Shown one piece after another: positions 27,877 through 40,672 of a DNA stretch of 64,000 nucleotides. The stretch is from Eledone cirrhosa (Eukaryota): assembly GCA_964016885.1 (NCBI GenBank), contig OZ024741.1, positions 52,266,001-52,330,000 of the forward strand, given 5' to 3'. Position numbers and translations under genes: made by a program. Under the pieces are notes generated by a model. It did no database searches. It was not told the origin of the DNA and was given only the letters and a program-made list of their open reading frames with translations. Every line of letters begins with the position of its first letter. The stretch's first letter is position 1.

Positions 27877-29572
27877 ACAACAATAAAATACTAAATACTA
27901 AATCTCTTCCTCCCAACACTGAATTTCATAATAACAGTAATAGTACTCCCGACGTCATTGTAAACCCTAGGCTAATTTCTGTAAACCCAAATACAACGTC
28001 AAACACAACTTCGCTAAATGTTCATAATCCAACTCTAAATCAAGAAACTATTATTCCTATCGCAAACAACTTCTCCAATCCAATTCCTTCTATAGATAAC
28101 ACTAGGTCACTCATTAATAATCTCCCTAATTGCAACTGCCCTATTAAAAATAAATGTCCTCTCAACAACCATTGTCTTGATAAAAACTTAATTTATGAAT
28201 GTAAAGTTATAACTAGCACCAATTCCTTCACCTATTTTGGCTCCACTTCCACCTCTTTTAAAGCTCGTCTCTATAATCATCATTCATCTTTTAAATACAA
28301 ACTTAAAAGAACCAACACGGCTCTCTCAGAACTCATATGGTCCTTGAAAGACAAAAACATTAAATATACCATCTTTTGGAAGAAGGTTTCTTCTGCGTCT
28401 TCATACTTGAACAGCTCTCTATCTAAAATCTGTAATCTCTGCCTAAATGAAAAATTTACCATTATCTCTAATCTAGATTCTATAATAAATAGACGTACAG
28501 ATTTGTTTTCTATCTGCTTGCATAAATTCCATAAGACATTTCACAAAGTATACAGCTAATATTCAATTCTTTATCAATTTAGAATCTTTTCTCAAAGGCA
28601 CATATACATACACCTCTTTTAAAATATACCCATCTTCCTACCTTACTTCAAATGGTATTATACACTCTATAATACTTGTTTACTCATTACCCTCACTCTA
28701 TCTTCACCTTGTAAAATCCTTCGTAACATATACATTTGTTTTGACGCCAGATTATTCATCCTTAATTTATTATTTTTTTCTCCCCATCATCTAACTCATT
28801 CTTAATACATATTAACTCTTTCTTCGCACATATTATCAATTCCTTCAATATACAAACCTTAACTTCACATTATTTTTCTCAAATCCTTCAATACACAAAC
28901 CTTAATAATTTTTTCTCTTCGTTAATTTTCAAATTTCCATAATACTTGTAAACATACACACAATTTTTTTGACGTTAGAATATTCATCCGCAATCCATTA
29001 TTCTTTTCTCTCTATCATCAAACTTTTTAATCTCAATACATATTAACTCCCTCTCCTTCTTCGTACATATTTTCCCTTCGTTAATTTTCAAATTCTTTTA
29101 ATTTATACATTATCTTCCAACGGTTTTCAACCTCTCTATGTAAAACAATATATCTTTTCTCAGTTATAAAAACTATCTCTTTCTCTCTATCACCCATCTC
29201 TCCCTCTCCACCTTCACTCTCACCTCCTCCCCTTTTTTTTTCATCCTTTCCACCCCCCCTCTCTAAATAAAATATTTTTCCCAATATCACACATCAATCT
29301 AAAATTACTTTCCATATGTTGATTTAAAACTGCACTATCCACAAGTGTTTTTTAACCTTCATATCATGTCCTCCTATTTTATCTGATGAAAACACAAATA
29401 TTATTGCATGATGATGTTTGTTTTTGAAATGCGCATAATAAAATACATGGAACTCCTTTAACCATCTTTTGATCTTATATATTATGTATACTCCAGTCCT
29501 ACAAACTGTAGAGTGCTTCTTATCCGATATCTGCATTGCTTTATTGTACTACAATAAAACTCACCTCCTACA
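27875..29572 (+). mobile_element. 5'-truncated PLE: GIY-YIG domain (open to 28559), long 3' UTR and hammerhead
   Basis: HNNKILN..CNCPIKNKCPLNNHCLDKNLIYECKV..YFGSTSTSFKARLYNHHSSF..CNLCLNEK..CLHK; ends in (TA)n. Confidence 0.88.
29375..29445 (+). ncRNA. Type I hammerhead ribozyme, intact core
   Basis: tattttat-CTGATGA-aaacacaaatatt..gatgtttgttttt-GAAA-tgcgca-TA-ataaaata; 8 bp stem I, palindromic stem III. Confidence 0.8.
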
Positions 29573-29574
29573 TA

Positions 29575-29607
<33 letters not shown>

Positions 29608-29947
29608 GCAAACTTGCAGACAAAAATCTATAGATTCATTGTAAATATACAATATTCTAGAAGACTCATTAGCGAAAGGGGAAAATATGGCCTCAGGGAT
29701 ACCGGTAGACTGTTGTTGTTGCTGTTGCTTAGCCCCAGGTCACCACTAATTGTGTAGACCGATGATTAAAGGAGTCTCAGCCATGACCAACCCCTCATTC
29801 TCCCGGGGGATGCAATGAACATTTAGCAATACATTATCAAATGTGTCATTTTCCATTTTTTAAAAGACAGTGTGTGGTATGATGCGAGGGGGATATGGCA
29901 TTTGTAAGGTAAGTGATTAAGTAGAGAGTTCTTCATTATTAGATCAA

Positions 29948-30075
<128 letters not shown>

Positions 30076-30115
30076 GATATAAACAAATGGAAACTATATT
30101 TATAAAACCATATTT

Positions 30116-30178
30116 ATTTCATTATACATATTTCAAGGACACCAAGTTAAATTATGGTGTGCTTTCATCAGATAAAAT
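30116..30178 (-). ncRNA. Type I hammerhead ribozyme, intact core (related to 29375-29445)
   Basis: attttat-CTGATGA-aag c acacca..tggtgt c ctt-GAAA-tatgta-TA-atgaaat. Confidence 0.8.
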
Positions 30179-30248
30179 ATAATATAGATCAGTTTTATAA
30201 GTAAATATTGACATAGCCTTAAAGAATGCAACCATTGCTGTTGGAAGC

Positions 30249-30902
30249 TCCCGTATTAAGCCGTAGTGTCTAATACGGGATGTTTGTTTACAAACACACC
30301 GATCATTATAATAAATGTTCGGTGAATCCATACGTACATATATATATATGTGTGCATATATGTATATATATATACATACTACTGTACGTCTGTATACATA
30401 TATGTATGTACGTGTACATACTTATATTTAAGTAACAGCCGTATTAAGAGTGGGAAATGAAATTTCGTTTCATTTTTTCCGTTTATCGTTTTCGGTGCAC
30501 CCGGCCGATTAACCCACTCGATATGCAAATTGGGCTACTCAGCCGTTAATATGCATAAGGTAAGTATATACGTTCAATAATCTGGCAGGAAGGTATACGT
30601 TGCTGACGATAGCTAATAAGCTTGAAACTAGTACAGCGTTCCTTTGTCAGTGTTGAACAAACGAGCAACGATGGTTGCTAGACACTACGGCTTAATACGG
30701 GATGTTTGTTTACAAACACACCGAGCATTATAATAAATGTTCGGTGAATCGATACGTACATATATATATGTGTGCATGTATGTATATATATATATATACA
30801 TACTACTGTACGTCTGTATACATATATGTATGTACGTATACATACTTATATTTAAGTAACAGCCGTACTAAGAGTGGGAAATTAAATTTCGTTTCATTTT
30901 TT

Positions 30903-30904
<2 letters not shown>
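30249..30904 (+). mobile_element. ~1.5 head-to-tail tandem copies of the hammerhead repeat with a short 5' inversion
   Basis: 30271-30483 repeats 30692-30904; junction ttttttccgtt|tatcgttttcgg; 30250-30271 is inverted. Confidence 0.9.
30597..30639 (+). ncRNA. Minimal type I hammerhead ribozyme, intact core
   Basis: Identical to 15990-16032. Confidence 0.85.
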
Positions 30905-30951
<47 letters not shown>

Positions 30952-31244
30952 AACACAAGAGCAACTTTCCTATTTATTACTACTGTAAGGCTGCGCACTT
31001 CTTCGATTGACTAACTGTTTATTTAACAGCGTGACAACTCATTCTCTCTCTCTCCTTTTTTTTTACGTTAGTCACTTACACAGCTTGCCTGCACTGTATC
31101 CTGCCATGTTTCCTGTCGTAAATCTATTGTTATTTGTTTATGTACTCGCTTTGCTGTTCTAGTCAAAAGACAGAAAGTTGTTCTGCGCTGTCTCCATGTT
31201 GTTGTGTTGTCTCATAAGCATCTTTAAGATGGCTAGTTCTAAAC

Positions 31245-31553
31245 CAGACATGGGAAATATTTTTCGAGAATCGGGCCGCATGAGATATGGCTCATCATCA
31301 GGTGAGCCGCAAGCGTTAATTTACATTCGTGGCCACATTAAAAAAAATGCGTGGTAACTCAGGTTGTTTTGATTTGTTTCTTAAGAATTCGTACACGTTG
31401 TTTTCCTCGATCGTAAAAATGATAGAAAGATAAATTACGACTGAAAAGTTGGGGTAAAAAAATCAGAAAGATTTCACTTCAGTGACTCAGGCGAGCCATT
31501 CAGAAACTTCGCGTGCCGCATGCGGCCCGCGGACTGCAGGTCGCCCAAGATAG
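31245..31553. mobile_element. hAT (Charlie-like) MITE
   Basis: Perfect 8 bp TSD ttctaaac; degenerate TIR cagacatggg/cccaagatag; internal gggccgca/tgcggccc subterminal motifs. Confidence 0.75.
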
Positions 31554-32371
31554 TTCTAAACCATCGTGCAAACAGAACTCAAACTTATGCAACACCACCG
31601 TTATGCACGAGACTGCACTACACAATGGGTGGCTGATAAGGAAGAATTACGCTTATATTCCTTCGTCGTATGTATTTAGACTTGTTTGTGTGCAATTTTG
31701 CTATGTATGTTCGTTGTGAAGGTGGTGTGGTTCAACAGATCAGGTTTCAATTGATGTACTAGAAAATGTTCTTGGTTTAAATAGAAAATTCCTTCTCTAT
31801 TCATAAAAAATGGACTAAATGGATATTTCCTTGTTCTGTTGTGTGTCGTAGTGTGTGTATATATGTGTGTGTGTGTATGTATGTGTCTCTGTGTGTGTGT
31901 GTGTGTCGTAGTGTGTGCGTGTGGCTGTGTGTGCGTGTCGTAGTGTGTGTGTATTTAGGTGGAGATTTATTGTCAAAAGGTCAAATTATTATCAGGGTTT
32001 GTAAAAATAGCTGATATTGTTGTTATTGCTGGTGTATTTGTGTATGTTGTTGTTATTATTGCTGTTGTTGTTCTTGTTGTCGTATATGTGGGTGTTTCTT
32101 TTATTGTTGTTGTCGTGGTTGTTTTTTGTATCCGTTATTGCCGTTGCTATATGTGTTGTTATTGTTGTTGTTGCTGTAGGTGTTGTTATTGTTGTTGTTG
32201 CTGTTATTATTGTTGTTGTTGCTGTCTTTGTAGATGTTCCTGTTATTTGTGGGTCATTGTTATTTTTATTGTCTCTGTGGTTGTTGTAATTGTTGCTGTT
32301 GTGCAAAAGAAAAACCAACGTGAAATAGAATATTTTGTTCAAGAACACAACACTACAGCCTCGTAAAGGTA

Positions 32372-32502
32372 CATGGTAGAGTGGTTTGGGTGTTGGAATC
32401 ACGATGTGAAGAATGTGGGTTCGAGTATTAGACCAGGTGGTGTGTTGGATTCTTGAGCAAAAGGTTTTATTCCATCTGCCAGAAGTCGCAACCAGCTGAT
32501 AA
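32372..32502 (+). mobile_element. Decayed tRNA-headed SINE (family 2), 5' part
   Basis: tggtagagtgg A-box, gggttcgag B-box, ttcttgagcaa; similar to 61490-61710. Confidence 0.5.
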
Positions 32503-32926
32503 TATCAGAAATGGAGAGACCAATGGAAACATTATTTTCTTAGTTCAATTTAAAGATCGGCTCCTTTTTTCCTTTTGCTTTATTCCCACATCTATTTATT
32601 TACATATTAATTTATAGTACTGATGAAGTTATTTCTTATTCTTAGAATGTTGCACGTAATTATTTTGGTGGAGGCGGGCAGCGGATGTGGCAGGGTGGTG
32701 TGGAAGAGTGGTGGTTGTGCTGATAGAATTCTACTTCTTGTTTTGTATTTTGTTTTTGCCTTGGAAATGTTTTATTTTTCATATTATTTTCTAATGATTT
32801 GTTTTGGCAAGTTTGATGCTCTGTTGTATTTTTCGGCACGATTAAATCTGTTCCTGTGTGTTTCACGGTCGTTTGGGTAGCGCTGGAATCATTAACAGAA
32901 ACCCACTTAGTCAAATGAAGACAGAG

Positions 32927-32994
<68 letters not shown>

Positions 32995-33437
32995 GCATAT
33001 ATATACATATATAAACATACATACCTATATATATATATACATATAGACATATACATAGATATATATAAATACACATATATATATATGTATATATACATAT
33101 ATATATACACATATATATATTTATATTTATATATGTGTATGTGTATATATATATATATACATACATATATATATATATATGTTTATATATATATGTGTGT
33201 GTGTGTATGTATAATACAAATTAACAAAACAAATACGCAAACAAGAAAAGCAACACCACAAACACACTCACTTACACACACATCCGCATATGCACACGAA
33301 TACACACAACACATATACACGCATGAACGCACACAGCAGCAAAAATAAGACAAAATAGAAATAAAAAAATAACTAAAATTATATATAGAAGAGAAAAGCG
33401 CAACGAAGTATAACGAAACTAATATATAAAACAATAC

Positions 33438-33527
<90 letters not shown>

Positions 33528-33558
33528 CCTATATATATGTAAATATATGTCTGTATGT

Positions 33559-33701
<143 letters not shown>

Positions 33702-33703
33702 TG

Positions 33704-33740
<37 letters not shown>

Positions 33741-33829
33741 ATATATATGTAAATATATGTCTGTATGTATATATATATATATATACATACACATATATAT
33801 TTATTATTATTTATTCATTTAATTTTTTT

Positions 33830-36124
33830 AAACACTGCGACTGGTCTGATGATAATGAAGCTGCAGTCACCATGCTCAGTGAAGGGAAGAACAAACTGTA
33901 CTGGAAGTGCCTTGTTGCAGAGGGTCCAGGGAGGACCACTTTTTAAAAGGTCTTCAAAGAAGCAAAGTCAAAACTGCAATATAAAACTCGAAATATGAAG
34001 AATAACTGGTGGTCTGAAGTTTCCGTAGAGATGCAAAGACTTAAAGGCATTATACAGCACAATAAAGCAATGTTTGGGCCCACAGCCCTCAAAAGTGGCA
34101 CCATTGAAATCAAAAGATGGGAACATCCTCAACAAAGATCCAGAATGAATCATGAGTCGGTGGACTGAACACTTTAAAAATTTGATTGATAAGCCATCAA
34201 ATAGATAAAAATAGAGAAAGTTATAGGTTTGGATGGAATACCTGTGAGCTAACCAACTTTGGAAGAGATAATGTTGTTATGGATATTCATGGGCTAATCT
34301 TATTTGTATAGCATGGTAAACCTGTCCCACAAGACTGAGTAGATACAATTTTATTGTCGATTAACAGGTGCAAGGGCTCTATGTCTGAATACGAGTATTA
34401 TCGTGGTATAAATCGATAGGAAAAAAGTCTCATCCAATAAAATGTAACTGCTCTGGTTCAATCCCTGAGTACCAGTGTGTATTCAGAGCTGATACGGGGT
34501 ATTATGGACATGATTTTCTCAGCCCGCCACCAGCTTATGGAGAAGTGTGTTGAGCAGTAAATACCACTGTACCAAGTATTTATGGACTTTACTAAGCCTT
34601 CGATACTGTTGATCATTGTGAATTGTGGGTCATATTGGGGAAACTTAGATACCCTCACGAGTTAGTTGGAGTATTCAGAAAACTCCATCAACATACGAAA
34701 GCAAAATTGAACTTCAATGGGACACTTTCAGAGCTAATTTCAGTGGAAAACGGTGTCAAGCAGTGGGCACATACCTGCACCCATTCTGTTTTCTATCTAC
34801 TTTGCCGTGCTGCTGATATGCCTTCCAAGATTTCAAAACCAGTGTATACTTGTGATGTAGAACCTCTGAGAAAGTATTTACTCTTAGACGTTTTAACACC
34901 AAGCCCCAAAAATGTGGCACTCTTGTCAAGGAGTTCATGTATGCTGATGATGCATATTTTGTGAGTAACACAGTAGAGGACTTGCAGTTGATATGGGACG
35001 CTATCTTTAATGCATGCACTGCATTTAGACTAAATATTAGCACAAAAAGGGTAAAGACCATGCACACTCTACCAGTCGGGGTAATGTGTGTGTGGAAACA
35101 GACATTTTCGGGAGAGGAAAAATACTTGAAGGGGGGGGGGGGGCAGCGTTATGTATCTCGGAAGTACACTTAGTAGAGATGATACCCTCGATGCTGAAAC
35201 AAATCACAGTGTTGCAAAAGCGAGTCTTGTATTCGGGAAGCTTGAGAAACGAGTCTGGTCAGATCGGGGTATCACGAGAGACACAAAGCTCTCTGTGTAT
35301 AAGGCTGTGTACTTACAGCTCTTCTATCCGGATGCGAAACCTGGGCAAATTACAGGCATCAAGTAAGTGGGAAAATTCCATAAGCATTGTATCCGGCGCA
35401 TCCTGAACATCAAGTGCTCCTTTTACACACCTGATGCTGGTGTACTTGAGAAAGCAGGCAGTACCAGTATTAAGAAGAGGGTTATTATGAACTAGATGCG
35501 TTACGCTGGTCATGTGGTCAGGATGGAAGATGGAAGGCTGCGTAACAGTTATTTTATGGGCAGCTGACCAGAGGGAAAAGGCCACAGCATAAACCAAAGA
35601 AGCGATTTAACGATGTCATAAAAGACAATCCTAAAGCTTTTAAGATTGATATGGAGACTGGGCGAGCCTGGCTGAAGGCCGTACATCATGGAGAATGATA
35701 ATCAAGTATGTCTTTGAGAAAAAGCGAGTAGTGCATACTATTTTGAAGTGTTCACCCAGTAAGCAGAACCCAAGTGCAATGTCTGCAACAATTCAGCAAG
35801 AATCGAAGTGCAATGTATGTGGACGATCTTTTCTATCAAGAGCTGGATCTGTCAACCATCTAAAGTCACACGAGCCAGAGAGAAATCGAACAATTTGTGA
35901 GATGGTTCTATCACCACGACCCCCGCGATACATTTGCAATGAGTGTGGCTTAATTTGCAAGTCAGCTGGTGGACTGACCGGACATGACTGAATGCACAAA
36001 GACATCCCAGTAGGTAGTGCCAGGAGACAGACAGTTCAATTGGCACATATGTGACAAAAAAGCTGGTCAGTGATCGTGCAATGTTGAATGAAGGGATGGC
36101 ATTCTTCTGACAAGAAATAACAAT
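33830..36124 (+). pseudogene. RTE-clade LINE, 5'-truncated and decayed (RT plus two C-terminal C2H2 fingers)
   Basis: [89 protein letters not shown]. Confidence 0.88.
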
Positions 36125-36143
36125 CAACACACACACGCACGTG

Positions 36144-36239
<96 letters not shown>

Positions 36240-39200
36240 GTTCGATAGGGTCGACCACACAAAAACAAAAACATGCATACACATACATAAACAAGAAATA
36301 AAAAACTGCTAAACATTGTATACAACAACAATTTAGTGAAAACCCAAGGGCCTAACTTCACCCAGGCAGGGGATTTCCCCACCTCAAAATGATTAAGGCG
36401 CCAGAGGACACATATAAAACGCTAAAAAACAACTTTAAAGAGGGCGTGCCCCCCACCCAACCCTGCGTCGGGCCCATTAACCGCGTCCTCCTAAAAAACA
36501 CCCACACAGCTCCAAACACCCCAACCACACAACACACTGATGCCCCTACACATCCACAAACAACCACCCCACCCTACAAACCATCCCCCACCCTCATGGG
36601 AATTGTGCAGCCTGATACCCGGGACGCAGAGAGGTGCCTTTTCTCTTCACCACCAACATGGTTATGCTGAGAGTAGGTTGTCTAAATGCGCGTGGCCTGG
36701 GCTCAACTTGGAAGCAAGCAATGCTTCTAAATGACCTCAGGTCACAACGTATAGATGTGATAGTTATTTGCGAGGCCCGGATCAGCAACGTGCGACAGCT
36801 GGCCCCCACCTTTGATGACTTTGAGATGCACGCGTCTCTCTGTCAGCCCGGAGGTGGGGGTGGGGTTGTCGTTCTGCTGCAAAAACATCTGGGTCTCGCA
36901 ACACAGACGGTACATTTGGACCCGGAGGGTCGACTAGTGGTTCTGGACCTTGGCAGTGGCGAAGGCGGAGCGTTTTGGCTGGTAGCCGTCTACGGCCCTT
37001 TCGGGTCAACGTGGCCGGACTTCTTCCATCGTCTGGAGACTTTTCTAGGGACGTCCCGCTCCTTGCTATTAGTGGGGGACTGGAATGGTATCCTAGATGC
37101 ACGTTGGGACTACGTAGGGGCCTGTCCCGATAGAGAGGGGTGTAACAGCCTCAAAGGGTTAATCGGCCGATTTGACCTGGCCGATAGATATCGATTACAT
37201 TTTCCGACTGCGCCAACCTAGACTTGGGCAAACCGCAGCGGATCATCTAGGTCGTACCTAGATAGGTTCTTAGTTAGAAATAAGGATAAGAACTTTTTAA
37301 GTTGTCCAGAAATGTTCATGGTTGGCTATTCAGACCACAAGTTAGTGACCTGCATGGTCAACCTTGACAGAACGCATAGACAGGGACCCGGTTACTGGAA
37401 GCTCAACTTGTCCTTACCGGCAAGTAAAGCTTACAGGGACCGGATTAGCACTTTAGTTAAGGAGCGGTTGACGGGCGCCATCGTCAACAGCAGGTGGTGA
37501 GGATCTCTCAAAAGAGAGATTAGAGTAGCCTCTATAGAATTTAGTAAAGAGTTAGCCTCAATTAGAAATAGGAAGATAGTGTAGAAGTGTAGAAGAGGCA
37601 ATTAGAAGCGGCGACGTGGCCAGAGTGCTAGCGTCGAGAACGGCCCTGGGCCAGTTCTTCGACGCGAAACACGAAGGCTGCATCGTCCGAAGCAAAATAC
37701 GCGCTCTGGGAAACGAGGGGACCAAAGCTGTTAGCTGGGCCCGCGTGACAGAAGCCAAAAGAGGGATTAGATCAACTATCCAATCTTTGCGAGATCAGGA
37801 TGGACGGGTGATCCTTGAACCTAAGCAGATGTGCGAGGTTTTTCAAAAGCACTTTGCCAGATTGTTCGTAGGAGGCGGGGAGCCGGTTGGGGAAGTGGAC
37901 TTCGGTCCATACCTCGACGGCCTGTCGCGTCTCTCGGACAAGGAGGCGAAGTCCTGCGAGGAGCCGATTTCAGCCGCTGAGATAGAGAACGTGCTGAGCC
38001 AATGCGGCAAACGCAAAACCCCGGGTCTCGATGTTGTTCCATACGAACTATATCTAGCTATGCCGGACTTGTTCCTCGATCTCCTCGAGGCGGTCTACTG
38101 CAACTGGCAACAGAACGGGAGAATTCCCTGTGCTGTGACAAAGGGCGTAGTCACGCTAGTGAGGAAGGACGAGAACAAGGGGGACGATATAAGTAATTTC
38201 AGACCCATAACTCTGCTAAATACAGAGTTACAGATTTTGGCCAAGGTGCTAGCAAAGAGGTTGGCGCTTGTCGTGGGCAACCTCGTGGGAGATGCGCAGA
38301 TATGTGCTATCCAGTCAAGATCCATCCACGACAACCTCCACCTCATGCGATACATCATAGAGAGGGTTGGGAACGAACCCGGCTTTGGTGGGGCCCTGAT
38401 CAACTTGGATCAATCTAAGGCGTTTGATAGGGTCGACCATGGTTACCTGGATGCGGTGCTAGCGGTGGCAGCATTCGGACCCGTTTTCAGGGGCTGGATC
38501 ACTGCCAGGCACAACAGCCGCATCTGCTCTACAGTCAAGGTGAACGGCTACCTCTCGGAGCCGTTCGAAATCGCGCGGTCCATCCGACAAGGGTGCCCTC
38601 TCTCCTCCCTTCTGTATGTAGTGACTCTAGAGCTGCTGCTGTGGAAGTTGGAGTTGTTGCAGGGCATCCCGTTGGAACCGGGATTGCGGAAAGCGGTGTC
38701 GGCCTACGCCGATGACGTAACAGTAATGGTGTCGACGGCCTCAGAAATCGGGGCGATCGGCACCTTACTGGAGGAGTACGAAAGGTTTACAGGGGCTAAG
38801 CTGAACCGGGACAAGTCGATCGGCTTGCAACTCGGCACGGAGGGGCAAATCGATGCCCTCCGATGGCGTCGTCGGGCGCTGGACGGAGGGCCCGGTGAAG
38901 TTGCTCGGGGTCTGGTTCGGACCAGACCTCCAGGTGGAGGAGAACTGGGGTGAGGTAACGAACAGGATGTTTGCACTGACCCAGAAGTGAGCCGAGTGCA
39001 AACTGTCCCTGAAAGGTCGGGCGGAGGTGGCGAACACTTATATAGCGTCTGTCATCTACTACCGCCTGACCGTCGTGCCTTGCCCAAGGGAAACGCTCAC
39101 CAAAATGGAGCGCGCACTCTTCCAATTCCTTTGGAAGAAGCGGGCTCCTCTGGTGAGGAGATCCATCTGCTGTCAACACCCTTCGAAAGGAGAGCTGGGG

Positions 39201-40351
39201 ATGCCGTGGCTGATGATACGTAAACACGCATTAAGGCTACGGCACTTCCAGGTATTCCTCACCGAGCAACCGGTGTGGGCCCCGTTTGTGAGGTGAGCCT
39301 TTCCCAGACTAGTCTCGCTCACCGAGCTGCAGTCTTGGGTCAAGCAAAGACCGAGAAAACTGGGCGCCTGGCACACCGAGTTTGCCCAGGCGCTCACGGC
39401 TCTCTGGCAGGCGGACCCGGCTGTCAGTGGAGAATCCACCTCGTCATTCTATAGAGGGCTGGTGGTTAGCAGGTGCGACGACACCCTCGGAGAAACTCTA
39501 GGCATGGAGGAAAACGAACTGGCCAACCTGTTCGGTAGGACATTCAGCCCAGGACCTATGGATAACTTATAGAGGTCCCTGGCCTGGCAGTGCTACCGAG
39601 GGGCTCTGCTCGTTCGAGAAAAGTTCTACAGACACGGGCGCCCGGGTAGGGACCCCTCGAAAAAGATCTGTCCCAGATGCGTGTGCGATGAGGAAACCGT
39701 TGCACACGCATTGGCACACTGCTCGGGCATTGCCGATCGGTGGGGCTATGTCGAACGACTGCTGTCACGGGTGGGACTGATCCGGTTGACCACCGACTCT
39801 ATTATAACGATCAAGCCGCCTCCCCCCTTTAAAAACGAAGGAGAGGCGGTGTTTCTGTGCGTAATAACCATGGTGAAAGAGGTTGTATGGTGGACGCGTC
39901 TGAAGAGACTGAGGTCAGACACCTTTCTCTCTGGCCAACAACTGGTCCGTGTCTACCGATATCATTTCGGAAGAAGGATCAGGATGGAGAGAGAGGTGCT
40001 GCACTCCTGCCGTTTTTATGAAATATGGGTGAAAGTGGCGAAAATGGCCCGTGTGAATCGTCCTTCACTCTACATCAGACTGTAGGTGAGAAAGATGAAA
40101 TATCAAGGGAGCACCCTCTCTCTGTCTTCCTAAGGAGAAGGGTTGCACACTTTTTCAGGGGTGTGTGCGACCCCCCAAGGCGCCTCCTCCCTATTGAGGA
40201 TTTTGTTATTCAATTTATTTTTGTTATATTTTATATTTTTTTATTTTTATATTTTGTTATTGCCTCCTCCTTATTGAGGACGCCTTTTCATGTAAACTCC
40301 CCCATTGAACTTGTCCCACTCTTTGATGCCCGGGTGGCAAATAAAAAGAAA
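36240..40351 (+). mobile_element. Tx1/L1-type non-LTR retrotransposon copy A (5'-truncated in ORF1; ORF2 36658-40085 APE-RT-CCHC, disrupted)
   Basis: LNARGL, GDWN, SDHK, GPGYWKLN, KTPGLD, NFRPITLLN, LDQSKAFDRV, RQGCPLS, AYADD, CPRC..EETVAHALAHC; flanked by (TATC)n. Confidence 0.93.
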
Positions 40352-40352
40352 G

Positions 40353-40436
<84 letters not shown>

Positions 40437-40672
40437 ATAATAACCTAGCTGTCGTCTGTTCGATAGCGTAGACGTAATTCACTACGCGCAGAAGTTTTGT
40501 TCCAATTTATTGCGGAAATTTTGTAAGTTTAATTTTAATTTTGATACTATTGTGTAGCTTGACCCCCCGTCTGAACTGTCAGGCGGTGGGTCAGCTCATT
40601 TTCGCCCCTACCAGGGGTGAAAAACCTATTTTTAAAAATTTTGTTGCATAAAATTTCAATCGTCTGGGAGAA

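Noticed and set aside
33846-33853. CTGATGA motifs at 33846, 32620 and 8411 (-)
   Set aside because: No compatible stem II/GAAA/stem I; the first is coding sequence of the RTE
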